DNA from: Vibrio phage JSF10
Sequence record: KY883654.1
DNA: 32,000 nt
Reading direction: 5' to 3' (one strand)
This document shows, piece after piece, positions 18,070 to 25,826 of this stretch. The translations under genes and the position numbers were made by a program. Each line of letters opens with the position of its first letter. Within the stretch, counting starts at the first letter, position 1. The notes below the pieces were generated by a model. That model saw nothing but the letters and a program-made list of their open reading frames with translations. It was not told where the DNA came from and did not search any database.

Positions 18070-19944
18070 ATGACTTTATACATTGGAAGAAAAAATAGTG
18101 GTGAACCACTATTGCACCTTACAAACACTGCTAGGACAGAAGCTGAGATGAAGACAGGGAACACGTTCTCTGACACTCTTTTTCACTCTGGCATGCCATT
18201 TCTTACTGTAATTGATATAATTACTATTACAGAATTCAATGATGCAGGAGTATACCCTGGGTGGAGCCCTTATAGGGCAGGAACCCCTAAAGTAACAGAC
18301 CCAGCTACTGTAGCAAAATTAGACTACTATTTTAACAACGGTTATTTATTTGATGCTAGGGCTATAAGCATAGCCCCTGCGGGGGTGGATGTGCAAGGGT
18401 TAGGTACGTTTGGTTCTAGCACCTCGTATAATAGGCTATTCTCTAGCCCTGTACTAAATGGTGAGTACAAAAATATCAGAGTTAGTGCGGGAATCTCTAA
18501 CAGGTCTGCTGCCTCAGGAACTCCGCCATCTTTTGATAACTCTATTAGCGCTATACAGATAGCGTCTTCCTCAAGTAACCTAGTCACTCTATCTGGGGGT
18601 TTAGCTAGGGTAGGGGATTTAGGTTTAAGGTTTGCTAACACCTCAAACTATATCAGTAATAGTGGCTCAGCTAGCGGGAGTCCGTCGCTGGTAACAAACT
18701 GGAGAAATATCACAACTAGGATGCTCTATACTACGGGTGCATCGGCTGTAGGTCCATTCAGCTACCCCAATAACGGCAGCAACACTGCACTGCGTTTCAA
18801 GGTTCAAATATATATCTTCAATCTCAAGAAAACTTCCAACGGCAATGACTATGAGTTTGGTAGGGCATACGGAAATAACGCGGCAATAAGGATAAGCGGA
18901 CAAGAGATTACTGTAGGAGATAAGAGTATAAAAGACCTCAGCTTTGCGTACACATCAGGAAGCTACTCTACTAGCACAGGAGGGGGTAGGAGGTATGACG
19001 AAGCGGGTGTGCTAGGCCAATCCCTACTTCTGGAGCATTATAACAGATCCTGTCATGACTGGTGGTATAACATTTACCCTGCGGCAAATATGAACCTTAG
19101 GATAACCCCCGGAGGTAATATAACCACAACAGCGTATATAGAGATAACGCACATGGCTTTGAGGGCTACATATAAATACCCTACATTGAAGGTTGGAGAC
19201 CCTATAAGCTTTGAGATGACGGCTAACGAGATAAAGATGCGGGACGAATCTAACAACTCTATCAGTATAGCAAAAGTAGGCTCTGGAAGGCGCTTGAAGA
19301 AGTCTTACCCACAATTTAAGGTGACCCTCCCTGGCCAGACCAACCTAACACCGCCTACGATGAGGGCAGGGGCTAGTGTTTATACTCAACCCACTAGCTC
19401 TGTAGTCATTGTGGGATTGACCACGTACACTAAGACCGAGGTCATTTCAGAGACGCCTATACCGGATGAGTTCTTCAATAGAGTTAAAACTTGCCACATT
19501 AGTGGGGGGTTAATAAATGGAACCTTGTCGATGTCATCCTATGGCATGAACAAGACTATAGGGCTATCTAATATACGCGTGACTACTAGCCAGATTAACG
19601 CAGATACTAGCTTGCCCGTGGGGCAGCTAGCGTCATATAACTTCTACATAGAACAAAATATGAGTTATTATGACTTCTATTACATTCAAGCTACATATAG
19701 TAATGGGAATAAAGGGTCGGTTCAGATAAATTATAACGCCGAGGTTATAGGCAACACATATAGAATAACTAGAGTAACCAGAAGTACCTTGAGTAGCTCT
19801 CACATTCGTGGGTCTGTTATAACGGATTTTAACATAACTAGGTACTATGATGAGGTGCAGAGCGGAGTGGCGGACAATCAATTAGTCATAAACTACCCCG
19901 AGGTGAGGTTTAATCTACTGCTTTTGGGGGTTGAGGACAAGTAA
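18070..19944 (+). CDS. Candidate tail-tip receptor-binding protein (T5 pb5/oad position)
   Basis: 624 aa; start corrected from 17968 to 18070 (CGGAGG at 18055-18060, 9 nt spacing). MTLYIGRKNSGEPLL..FSDTLFHSGMPFLTVIDI resembles the pb5 N-terminus as remembered (MSFFAGKLNNKSIL..TIFHSDMSHVIITE); similar size and map position. Confidence 0.65.
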   Translation: MTLYIGRKNSGEPLLHLTNTARTEAEMKTGNTFSDTLFHSGMPFLTVIDIITITEFNDAGVYPGWSPYRAGTPKVTDPATVAKLDYYFNNGYLFDARAISIAPAGVDVQGLGTFGSSTSYNRLFSSPVLNGEYKNIRVSAGISNRSAASGTPPSFDNSISAIQIASSSSNLVTLSGGLARVGDLGLRFANTSNYISNSGSASGSPSLVTNWRNITTRMLYTTGASAVGPFSYPNNGSNTALRFKVQIYIFNLKKTSNGNDYEFGRAYGNNAAIRISGQEITVGDKSIKDLSFAYTSGSYSTSTGGGRRYDEAGVLGQSLLLEHYNRSCHDWWYNIYPAANMNLRITPGGNITTTAYIEITHMALRATYKYPTLKVGDPISFEMTANEIKMRDESNNSISIAKVGSGRRLKKSYPQFKVTLPGQTNLTPPTMRAGASVYTQPTSSVVIVGLTTYTKTEVISETPIPDEFFNRVKTCHISGGLINGTLSMSSYGMNKTIGLSNIRVTTSQINADTSLPVGQLASYNFYIEQNMSYYDFYYIQATYSNGNKGSVQINYNAEVIGNTYRITRVTRSTLSSSHIRGSVITDFNITRYYDEVQSGVADNQLVINYPEVRFNLLLLGVEDK

Positions 19945-19994
19945 GCACAAGCCTAGCACAAGGTTAGCACTACTTAGCATTACCTAGTATTACC

Positions 19995-20185
19995 TAGCAC
20001 CGATAACCTTTTCTCGTATTTTTAAAAGTTTTACGTGAGGGTGGGTCTATGGGGAGTACAAGTGATAACTAGTCTAATAACCGCTCCTACTTAGCACCGA
20101 TAACCTTCTCTCGCATTTTTAAAAAGTTTTACGTGAGGGTGGGTCTATAGGTGGATGCAAATGATAACTAGTCTCATTACCGCCC
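19995..20185. repeat. Two-copy imperfect direct repeat, period 97 bp
   Basis: TAGCACCGATAACCTTYTCTCGYATTTTTAAAA(A)GTTTTACGTGAGGGTGGGTCTAT..GATAACTAGTCT.AT.ACCGC at 19995-20087 and 20092-20185. Confidence 0.9.
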
Positions 20186-20194
20186 CACCCTATG

Positions 20195-20230
20195 AGCTGT
20201 ACAGGTATTCGCTACCTGTACAGCTTTTTT
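20195..20230 (+). terminator. Strong rho-independent terminator closing the rightward unit
   Basis: AGCTGTACAGGTA-TTCGC-TACCTGTACAGCT-TTTTT; 13-bp perfect stem. Confidence 0.92.
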
Positions 20231-20262
20231 ATTGCTTTTAACCTAGAAGCTGTACTAACAGT

Positions 20263-20892
20263 TTATAGGTTGTCGATGAACTCAGGGAACAAAACACAGT
20301 TCGCGGTGAGTGCATCCTCAATAAGCGACTCATACAGTTGAACGGTATCTTCTTCACCTTGGCGGTACATGTCGGATAATTGCATCTCTAACACTTGGTT
20401 TAAAATCTTGGCATCAATCGCCGTGATTCCCATGTTAGCCGCTTCACGTAGTACACCGTTATGATCATCAAATAGATGGTACTCAGCATTTGGGAAGGAT
20501 TTAAAAACATGCTCGAACCAAGCGCGCTTGTATTCGGCATCGCCTAGCCCGTACAGCTTTTGACCTTGCTCAATTCCGAATACATCGCACAAACGATCAC
20601 GGCTTAAGTGAATGTTTGCGCGTAAGCCGTTTTTGCGTAGGTAGTAGTAGTCACTCTCCCCACAGTGGCGGGCTGTCACAGTGACCACCGTTTCACCTTC
20701 TGCGATAAGCTTACGCATATACTCGGCGAGAGGTAACAGGCTATCGCACATTATCTTTTCATGTGTGCAAGCTTCTGCTACGTACTTAGCAAGGTCTAAG
20801 TCGCCATTAGGACGCTTGCAAGGGTCAACACGGTGATCAGAATTGATAACGGTTTGGTCAAGATCAAACATGTAAACAATTTTCTTTTTCAT
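20263..20892 (-). CDS. HAD-superfamily phosphatase; candidate functional analogue of T5 pre-early Dmp deoxynucleotidase
   Basis: 209 aa; motif I FDLDQTVINSD, motif II VVTVTAR, acidic motif YHLFDDHNGVL. Confidence 0.72.
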   Translation of the reverse strand: MKKKIVYMFDLDQTVINSDHRVDPCKRPNGDLDLAKYVAEACTHEKIMCDSLLPLAEYMRKLIAEGETVVTVTARHCGESDYYYLRKNGLRANIHLSRDRLCDVFGIEQGQKLYGLGDAEYKRAWFEHVFKSFPNAEYHLFDDHNGVLREAANMGITAIDAKILNQVLEMQLSDMYRQGEEDTVQLYESLIEDALTANCVLFPEFIDNL

Positions 20893-20949
20893 TGGTACTT
20901 TCTCTCAATTAGTGAGGTTAGGGGTTAAAGCGCCCGAAAGCGCTTTTCA

Positions 20950-20967
20950 GTGTTTCATGTGGAACAC
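20950..20967. promoter_or_regulatory. parS-like palindrome
   Basis: GTGTTTCATGTGGAACAC; core TGTTTCATGTGGAACA versus parS consensus TGTTTCACGTGAAACA (2 mismatches). Confidence 0.35.
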
Positions 20968-21242
20968 TACTCAGTGAATGTGATAGAGCAGTTGACCGGA
21001 CGGGTTAAGACAAGGTTGTCAGGTAGGTCACCATAGTTACCTGCATAATCAATATTACCGCTTGACGCATCGAATATAATCAATTCGTCTTCGTCTGCCG
21101 CAAATACAGCGAAAGCGTTGTTATCTTGGTAGATAGCTAGATAAGCGCGATTGCTGCACTCACTGGGTACACCACTTGAGCAAGTGATTTGGATCGGGGT
21201 AAAACCCTTTTTACCGTCAATAGCGTTTTCGACCTTAATCAT
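20967..21242 (-). CDS. Small hypothetical protein
   Basis: 91 aa in the leftward pre-early cluster; plausible upstream GGAG-type RBS. Confidence 0.6.
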   Translation of the reverse strand: MIKVENAIDGKKGFTPIQITCSSGVPSECSNRAYLAIYQDNNAFAVFAADEDELIIFDASSGNIDYAGNYGDLPDNLVLTRPVNCSITFTE

Positions 21243-21331
21243 TTTTTAACTCTCCTATTATCTCAGGGTTAAAGTAAATCGGGGTTAACGGCGTGGAAGC
21301 GACCACGCCGCAGGAACTACCTAGCCCGATT

Positions 21332-21346
21332 GATTTACAGTGTAAA
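21332..21346. promoter_or_regulatory. GATTTACAGTGTAAA operator-like site, copy 1
   Basis: Contains the palindrome TTTACA-G-TGTAAA; same 15-mer as the sites at 23118 and 23149. Confidence 0.45.
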
Positions 21347-21347
21347 T

Positions 21348-23060
21348 TTATGAACGGGTTAGCGCTTGCACTTTCAGCAATTGCACCGCACCGTTAGGAT
21401 GAATGATCATGTTAGCCTGATCCCAACTAGAAGCACCACCACGGTTATAGCCTTGATCAAGCTTCGCCATAACGCCGACCACAAAGCAGAAGTCAAGGAT
21501 CATAGGTGAGTGAGTATGACCTGAACACATAGGAACTAACCAACGGTTAAACAGTGCCGCACCACCGTGAGAGCCATTCTGGCCTTTGTGACCGTGTTGT
21601 GACAGCTCAATACCGTACTGCGTGAAGCTTTGAGCCATTGAGCCGAAAACAATGTTATCAGCCATTGGTGGCAGGTCTAACATTGAGATCGCATCTTTGA
21701 AGGCTACTTCTAGCGCTGTTTTGTCGATACCAGAATCTAACGCCTCACAGATAAAATAGTTAAGGAGGTAGTACAGTTTGCTGTTTTCTGGATCGTGTTT
21801 TGGCGAGTAACTAGAGTCATCAAGCCAGTTGTCGAGCGCTGAATTGTGATTAGATTCTACAATGTAGACCATATCAGTTAACTCTGCCAACTCATTCAAT
21901 TGGTCGATCACCTGCCCTAAATCATCAAGGACACTCGCACCGTTTATATGCATCTTGTACAAGTGTTTGCCTGACTTGCGGTTATGGTGGCTGCGAGTTT
22001 CAAAGTGTAGAATATCGTGAACAGCAATAACTACCGGCTTTTGACCAATATCGATCAAGTTGCTGATCATGTGGCAAGTGGTATCGAAAGCGTGAACGTC
22101 TTGCATTTCACAATGCAGATCACCAAGCACCAAGCACGGACGGTTAGCCAGTAGGTTAGGCGTAGCTGCTACGTTGTACAGGTTGACGCCATCATCATTA
22201 AACACATTGTTATCAATGAAAAGGGATAGAGAGCCGTCTACGCCTTCACGGATGTTAGTGATATTGATGAAATCGCCTTTGATCTCTACCAGAAGCGCTC
22301 CGAATACGTGAGCTTTTTCGGCGTCAACGCCTGCACCGCTTTGCAGGTAGTTGTATTTCGTACAACTGCCAGTTGTCCACGCTTGGCTGATTGGCTGATT
22401 TGGTAGACGTGGGCGCGTTTTCATCTGCTGCTTAGGGCTTGCTAGTACCGTTGCCAGTTCGCCCACACCTAATTGCTCCGCTTTGTTAACTGGTAGTTTC
22501 ACAGTAGGCAAAACGTGAGCACTAGCCATTAGGCGCACGCCATACTCGAACCCTAGCCAAACATCATCTTCGATTAGATAGGGCTTAACCTTCGCGTCGA
22601 AGTATGCTTTTTCGTCTTCTACCGCTGCACTGAAAGCCGCTTTATTGTAATAGACAGGCATAACAATCAATGCCGCATCGATCTGATTAGCTAGCGCTTC
22701 GAGCTTGTCAAAGACTGCCGCCGTTCCTGTATTGTTTTGGGCTGAGGTGATCAGGAAGCGAGATCCAGTTATGGTTCCCATTGCTGCGATCCGCTTCTCG
22801 GCATCGCCTAGCATGGCGTTAGCTTCTAGCTTGTTGCTAGGCTGCTTTTTGTCTGCTGACTTCGCTTGTTTGATAGGGCGGTTTTCTTCTAGCCAGTTAA
22901 CTAGATCCGCGCTAGTTAAGTCGTTCTGAGTTAGACCTAACTGGCCTAAAATCTTATCAGCAACGGCTAATTTTGATTCACGCTTGAACTTGCCCCAAAA
23001 ATTGTCGTCTTTTGCAAGGCGGATCAAGTTGTCGTGTTGTGCTTTAATAACTTTGTTCAT
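21348..23060 (-). CDS. Calcineurin-like metallophosphoesterase, candidate T5 A1 homologue/analogue
   Basis: 570 aa from the reassigned start MNKVIKAQ; motifs LVLGDLHCEMQD, VAVHDILHFE, VESNHNSALD, HGHKG, CSGHTHSPM; neighbours a HAD phosphatase as in the T5 pre-early region. Confidence 0.72.
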   Translation of the reverse strand: MNKVIKAQHDNLIRLAKDDNFWGKFKRESKLAVADKILGQLGLTQNDLTSADLVNWLEENRPIKQAKSADKKQPSNKLEANAMLGDAEKRIAAMGTITGSRFLITSAQNNTGTAAVFDKLEALANQIDAALIVMPVYYNKAAFSAAVEDEKAYFDAKVKPYLIEDDVWLGFEYGVRLMASAHVLPTVKLPVNKAEQLGVGELATVLASPKQQMKTRPRLPNQPISQAWTTGSCTKYNYLQSGAGVDAEKAHVFGALLVEIKGDFINITNIREGVDGSLSLFIDNNVFNDDGVNLYNVAATPNLLANRPCLVLGDLHCEMQDVHAFDTTCHMISNLIDIGQKPVVIAVHDILHFETRSHHNRKSGKHLYKMHINGASVLDDLGQVIDQLNELAELTDMVYIVESNHNSALDNWLDDSSYSPKHDPENSKLYYLLNYFICEALDSGIDKTALEVAFKDAISMLDLPPMADNIVFGSMAQSFTQYGIELSQHGHKGQNGSHGGAALFNRWLVPMCSGHTHSPMILDFCFVVGVMAKLDQGYNRGGASSWDQANMIIHPNGAVQLLKVQALTRS

Positions 23061-23097
23061 AACTACAAGTCTCACTGTTTTAAGTGGTTAGGGTTTA

Positions 23098-23115
23098 GTG
23101 TTTCATGTGAAACAC
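23098..23115. promoter_or_regulatory. parS-like palindrome
   Basis: GTGTTTCATGTGAAACAC; core TGTTTCATGTGAAACA differs from the parS consensus by one base. Confidence 0.45.
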
Positions 23116-23117
23116 TT

Positions 23118-23163
23118 GATTTACAGTGTAAACTGATACTAGACACAATTTACACTGTAAATC
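23118..23163. promoter_or_regulatory. Pair of oppositely oriented operator-like sites
   Basis: GATTTACAGTGTAAA at 23118-23132 and its reverse complement TTTACACTGTAAATC at 23149-23163. Confidence 0.6.
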
Positions 23164-23197
23164 ACTGGCAGGGTTTACCCTGCCAGTGAACCGGATG

Positions 23198-23689
23198 TTA
23201 TGCTACTTGCTCGCTGAGAGCTTCGCCTAGGTCGTCGAAGTCAACGCCATGATATGCCATAAAGCGCTGCACTAGCTCAACCTTGCTGATAGTGTAGCCC
23301 TTAGCCGCGGATCCCATAACGTCAGTGATCCCGAAAGCCTTAGTTACAGCGTCAAGGCTATCAACCTTGGAATTTTTGAAGCTGTCTAGAACTTCTTCGT
23401 CTAAGCCTAGGCAATTAGATAGGGCGCGTAAATAATGCTCTTTACGCAACTGGTTGCCTTTTGGTAGGCTTGCCGTCACTTCTGGCTTGACGTAGACGCC
23501 CAAAATCGCCAATTTACCACGGACTGACTTGTCAGAAGGCGCGCCAATTTTCTTAGCTAGGCTAGTAAGAAAATCATTATCGGCTGCCGCTGCCGCTCCT
23601 TCCGCTTCGAGCTTCTCTTTGTAAGCTGCGACCACAAGCGCGGTGTTCTCTTCTGACCATACTTTTGCTTTTTTATCTTGTGTAGACAT
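23198..23689 (-). CDS. Hypothetical pre-early protein
   Basis: 163 aa from the reassigned start MSTQDKKAKVWSEENTALVV (AGAGGA upstream); helical. An A2-like DNA-binding role is possible but unsupported by recognised motifs. Confidence 0.65.
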   Translation of the reverse strand: MSTQDKKAKVWSEENTALVVAAYKEKLEAEGAAAAADNDFLTSLAKKIGAPSDKSVRGKLAILGVYVKPEVTASLPKGNQLRKEHYLRALSNCLGLDEEVLDSFKNSKVDSLDAVTKAFGITDVMGSAAKGYTISKVELVQRFMAYHGVDFDDLGEALSEQVA

Positions 23690-23778
23690 AGTTTCATATC
23701 CTCTATTAGATAGGTTAGTGTTGTTGAGAGTGATTCTCAAATAAGGCACTCTATAGAATGCCTTATCGGATACCACTA

Positions 23779-24075
23779 TTAATTAACGGTAGTACCTTTG
23801 TTTTCATCCGTCCAACGTGATTTTACACGGGCTACGTCTGACAGGGGATAAGAGTAAACGCAAATATCGCCGCTGTTGTCAAGCGCTTTTGCTACCACGT
23901 CTACTGTACCTTCGCTGATATGATAGTCATATGGCGCGTCAAAGGTTTGGCCTTCCGTATCGAAACTAGGAGACAATTCCAGACCACGGATCTCTGCCGC
24001 CGCTTTGATTTGCTCGCGCGCTTCTGGCTTAAACAGGATAGAGACAGAGACTAGGATCTTGTTGCGCATATTCAT
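23779..24075 (-). CDS. Small hypothetical pre-early protein
   Basis: 98 aa, first gene of the leftward pre-early cluster. Confidence 0.6.
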   Translation of the reverse strand: MNMRNKILVSVSILFKPEAREQIKAAAEIRGLELSPSFDTEGQTFDAPYDYHISEGTVDVVAKALDNSGDICVYSYPLSDVARVKSRWTDENKGTTVN

Positions 24076-24190
24076 GTTGTATTTCCTCTATTGATTAGGT
24101 TAGTTGAGAGTGTTTCTCAAATAGGGCACTGTCGTTAATCAATGCCCTAACGGATAACACTAGGAACGTAAGCAATGAGTCACAAAGCAA

Positions 24191-24214
24191 CATCTTTCCA
24201 AATTGTTAAAGAAC
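24191..24214 (-). promoter_or_regulatory. rRNA-like boxA antitermination element in the leftward leader
   Basis: Minus strand GTTCTTTAACAATTTGGAAAGATG, matching the bacterial rrn boxA (TGYTCTTTAACAATT) and the adjacent TTGGAAAG typical of gammaproteobacterial rrn spacers. Confidence 0.6.
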
Positions 24215-24221
24215 GGTGGGA

Positions 24222-24250
24222 AGAGTAACGGATAACTAAACTACTGTCAA
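24222..24250 (-). promoter_or_regulatory. Candidate pre-early leftward promoter
   Basis: Minus strand AAAAAAGTGG-TTGACA-N17-TACTCT directly upstream of the boxA-like element. Confidence 0.6.
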
Positions 24251-24459
24251 CCACTTTTTTCTACCCTATCGAGCTAGGCCGTTGCCCCTCTCGATGTAAG
24301 AAATATTAAGATAACCGGACTAACTATTCTAATCGTTTAAATCTATTAGTTAAGTTGGTTTTGCAAGGTTTTGCCTATCGCCAATTTTTGGCCTTAAATA
24401 TAAGGAACGGGCGCACGCGATAACATAAAAACAAACCTCTGTCAAATACTTTTTAAAAT

Positions 24460-24493
24460 ACTGTATAAATATACATGCCCCTAAAACGCTCTA
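24460..24493. repeat. Left arm of a long-range inverted repeat flanking the rightward operon; contains a LexA-like half-degenerate site
   Basis: ACTGTATAAATATACATGCCCCTAAAACGCTCTA; 31/34 identical to the reverse complement of 27328-27361. Confidence 0.85.
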
Positions 24494-24631
24494 GGAAGCG
24501 TTTTAAGCGATTTTAGGGCTAAGCCATACCTTAGCATTAAAAACATTATTTGGCGATTTTACAATTTTTTAACAAAAATTGGCACGCTCCTTGCTAGAAG
24601 AAAATGGTTATATCTTATAGCTTTTTGTTAT

Positions 24632-24659
24632 TTGAAAAGGTATTAAAAGGGGGTATAGT
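24632..24659 (+). promoter_or_regulatory. Candidate rightward promoter
   Basis: TTGAAA-N16-TATAGT. Confidence 0.4.
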
Positions 24660-24695
24660 TACCTTACTTGAGAACGGGCTAGGGAGCTAACCCAA

Positions 24696-24767
24696 ATGGA
24701 AGAGATCATTTTATCAGGGGTATTCTTGATTGCTGTATTTATCGGGCTATACCCGCATTTTAAATAA
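24696..24767 (+). CDS. Possible 23-aa single-pass membrane peptide
   Basis: MEEIILSGVFLIAVFIGLYPHFK with AGGGAG 9 nt upstream; absent from the ORF track because of size. Confidence 0.4.
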   Translation: MEEIILSGVFLIAVFIGLYPHFK

Positions 24768-24771
24768 GAGG

Positions 24772-24800
24772 TTGACACTATGTATAGAGTCGTCTATTAT
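24772..24800 (+). promoter_or_regulatory. Strong rightward promoter for the small-protein operon
   Basis: TTGACA-N17-TATTAT, 111 nt upstream of the ATG at 24911. Confidence 0.65.
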
Positions 24801-24899
24801 TGCGGAGCTTGGCAGGTAACACACCGAGCAACAGGGAATACCACTGTTAGTGTATCTTTACATGATGCCCTATCTAATATCATTGACCAATTGAATTGA
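24780..24899 (+). CDS. Possible 39-aa protein
   Basis: MYRVVYYCGAWQVTHRATGNTTVSVSLHDALSNIIDQLN, AGAGG upstream; overlaps the promoter at 24772-24800, so either reading is possible. Confidence 0.35.
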   Translation: MYRVVYYCGAWQVTHRATGNTTVSVSLHDALSNIIDQLN

Positions 24900-24910
24900 G
24901 GTTTTAAATC

Positions 24911-25270
24911 ATGGCTAAAGTAAGCTTTACCAAACAAACCACCTCCTACACTACCGAAGAGGTAGTGCAACTAGTTGCTGACCGCTTCCAAGGTGAGGGT
25001 GAAGTTATTCGCCTAGCAGCTATATGGGAGAACGAAACGATCCTCTTACTGGCAGATAGCACTGACGCGGTACTGGTCAACCTAGAAGACGCTCAACCAG
25101 TGTTTAGCGTTAGCTCTGACTATCTGAATGGGCGAGTCAGCAACTCAACGGTTTTGGGGGATGACCGTAAGCATTATATTTGGGAAGCTTTCAATGAGGC
25201 ATACCTAGGCAATTGTCCACTAACTTGGCAGCCGGTCGAGCTAGTAGCTTGTGAATTGCGTTATATTTAA
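24911..25270 (+). CDS. Hypothetical pre-early protein
   Basis: 119 aa, first well-supported gene of the rightward operon. Confidence 0.7.
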   Translation: MAKVSFTKQTTSYTTEEVVQLVADRFQGEGEVIRLAAIWENETILLLADSTDAVLVNLEDAQPVFSVSSDYLNGRVSNSTVLGDDRKHYIWEAFNEAYLGNCPLTWQPVELVACELRYI

Positions 25271-25284
25271 GGGAGTGCAACAAG

Positions 25285-25725
25285 ATGCATAACTTAGCTA
25301 ACATCTTAGCAGATCTAGGCTATAAACCTAGTATCACATCCGTGGTGGTTGAGGTCGAGTATTCAACTGGATACTGTCAGGAAGACACAACCGAACTAGA
25401 CCACCTACCCGTGGAAGATGTAGAACTACATCCAGACCACGGATCGGATGTGATCACCGTTAGCCCTTCCGGTGCAGTGTACCTACAGGAGACAGCTAAT
25501 GGTCACGCTGAATCATACGGGCACTATGTAGGCTCTCCCGATGAGGACGAGGAGGACGGGGAAGAGTACGAGGGCGGCGACTGGCACGCCAAACTGTACA
25601 CCAATTCAGAAAAGCCTGATGTTGTCGGGGATAGCCTATGGCATACGCTTAAATTCCTGTCTAAAGATCAGTCAGGTCTGGCCTGTGACCTCTGGCTTGT
25701 GCTAGGGACAGAAATTGTGGAGTAG
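25285..25725 (+). CDS. Extremely acidic hypothetical protein, candidate DNA mimic
   Basis: 146 aa with about 31 Asp/Glu, 5 Lys and no Arg by hand count; PDEDEEDGEEYEGGD tract; GGAG-type RBS. Confidence 0.7.
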   Translation: MHNLANILADLGYKPSITSVVVEVEYSTGYCQEDTTELDHLPVEDVELHPDHGSDVITVSPSGAVYLQETANGHAESYGHYVGSPDEDEEDGEEYEGGDWHAKLYTNSEKPDVVGDSLWHTLKFLSKDQSGLACDLWLVLGTEIVE

Positions 25726-25826
25726 GTCACAAAAATAATGCTTGCGTTATTTTAGGGTATGACCTATTATTCGTCTTGTGGGATGCAATACCGCGTCCCA
25801 CTAACCACCGCTAGGAGGTAGCGAGA

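Noticed and set aside
18342-19881. Minus-strand ORFs opposite the receptor-binding gene
   Set aside because: Shadow ORFs; no independent evidence.
22705-22929. Plus-strand 74-aa ORF opposite the A1-like gene
   Set aside because: Antisense to conserved metallophosphatase coding sequence.
24481-24510. AAAACGCTCTAGGAAGCGTTTT hairpin as a bidirectional terminator
   Set aside because: The stem is real (8 bp) but the T tract is only four bases and no gene ends immediately before it; function unclear.
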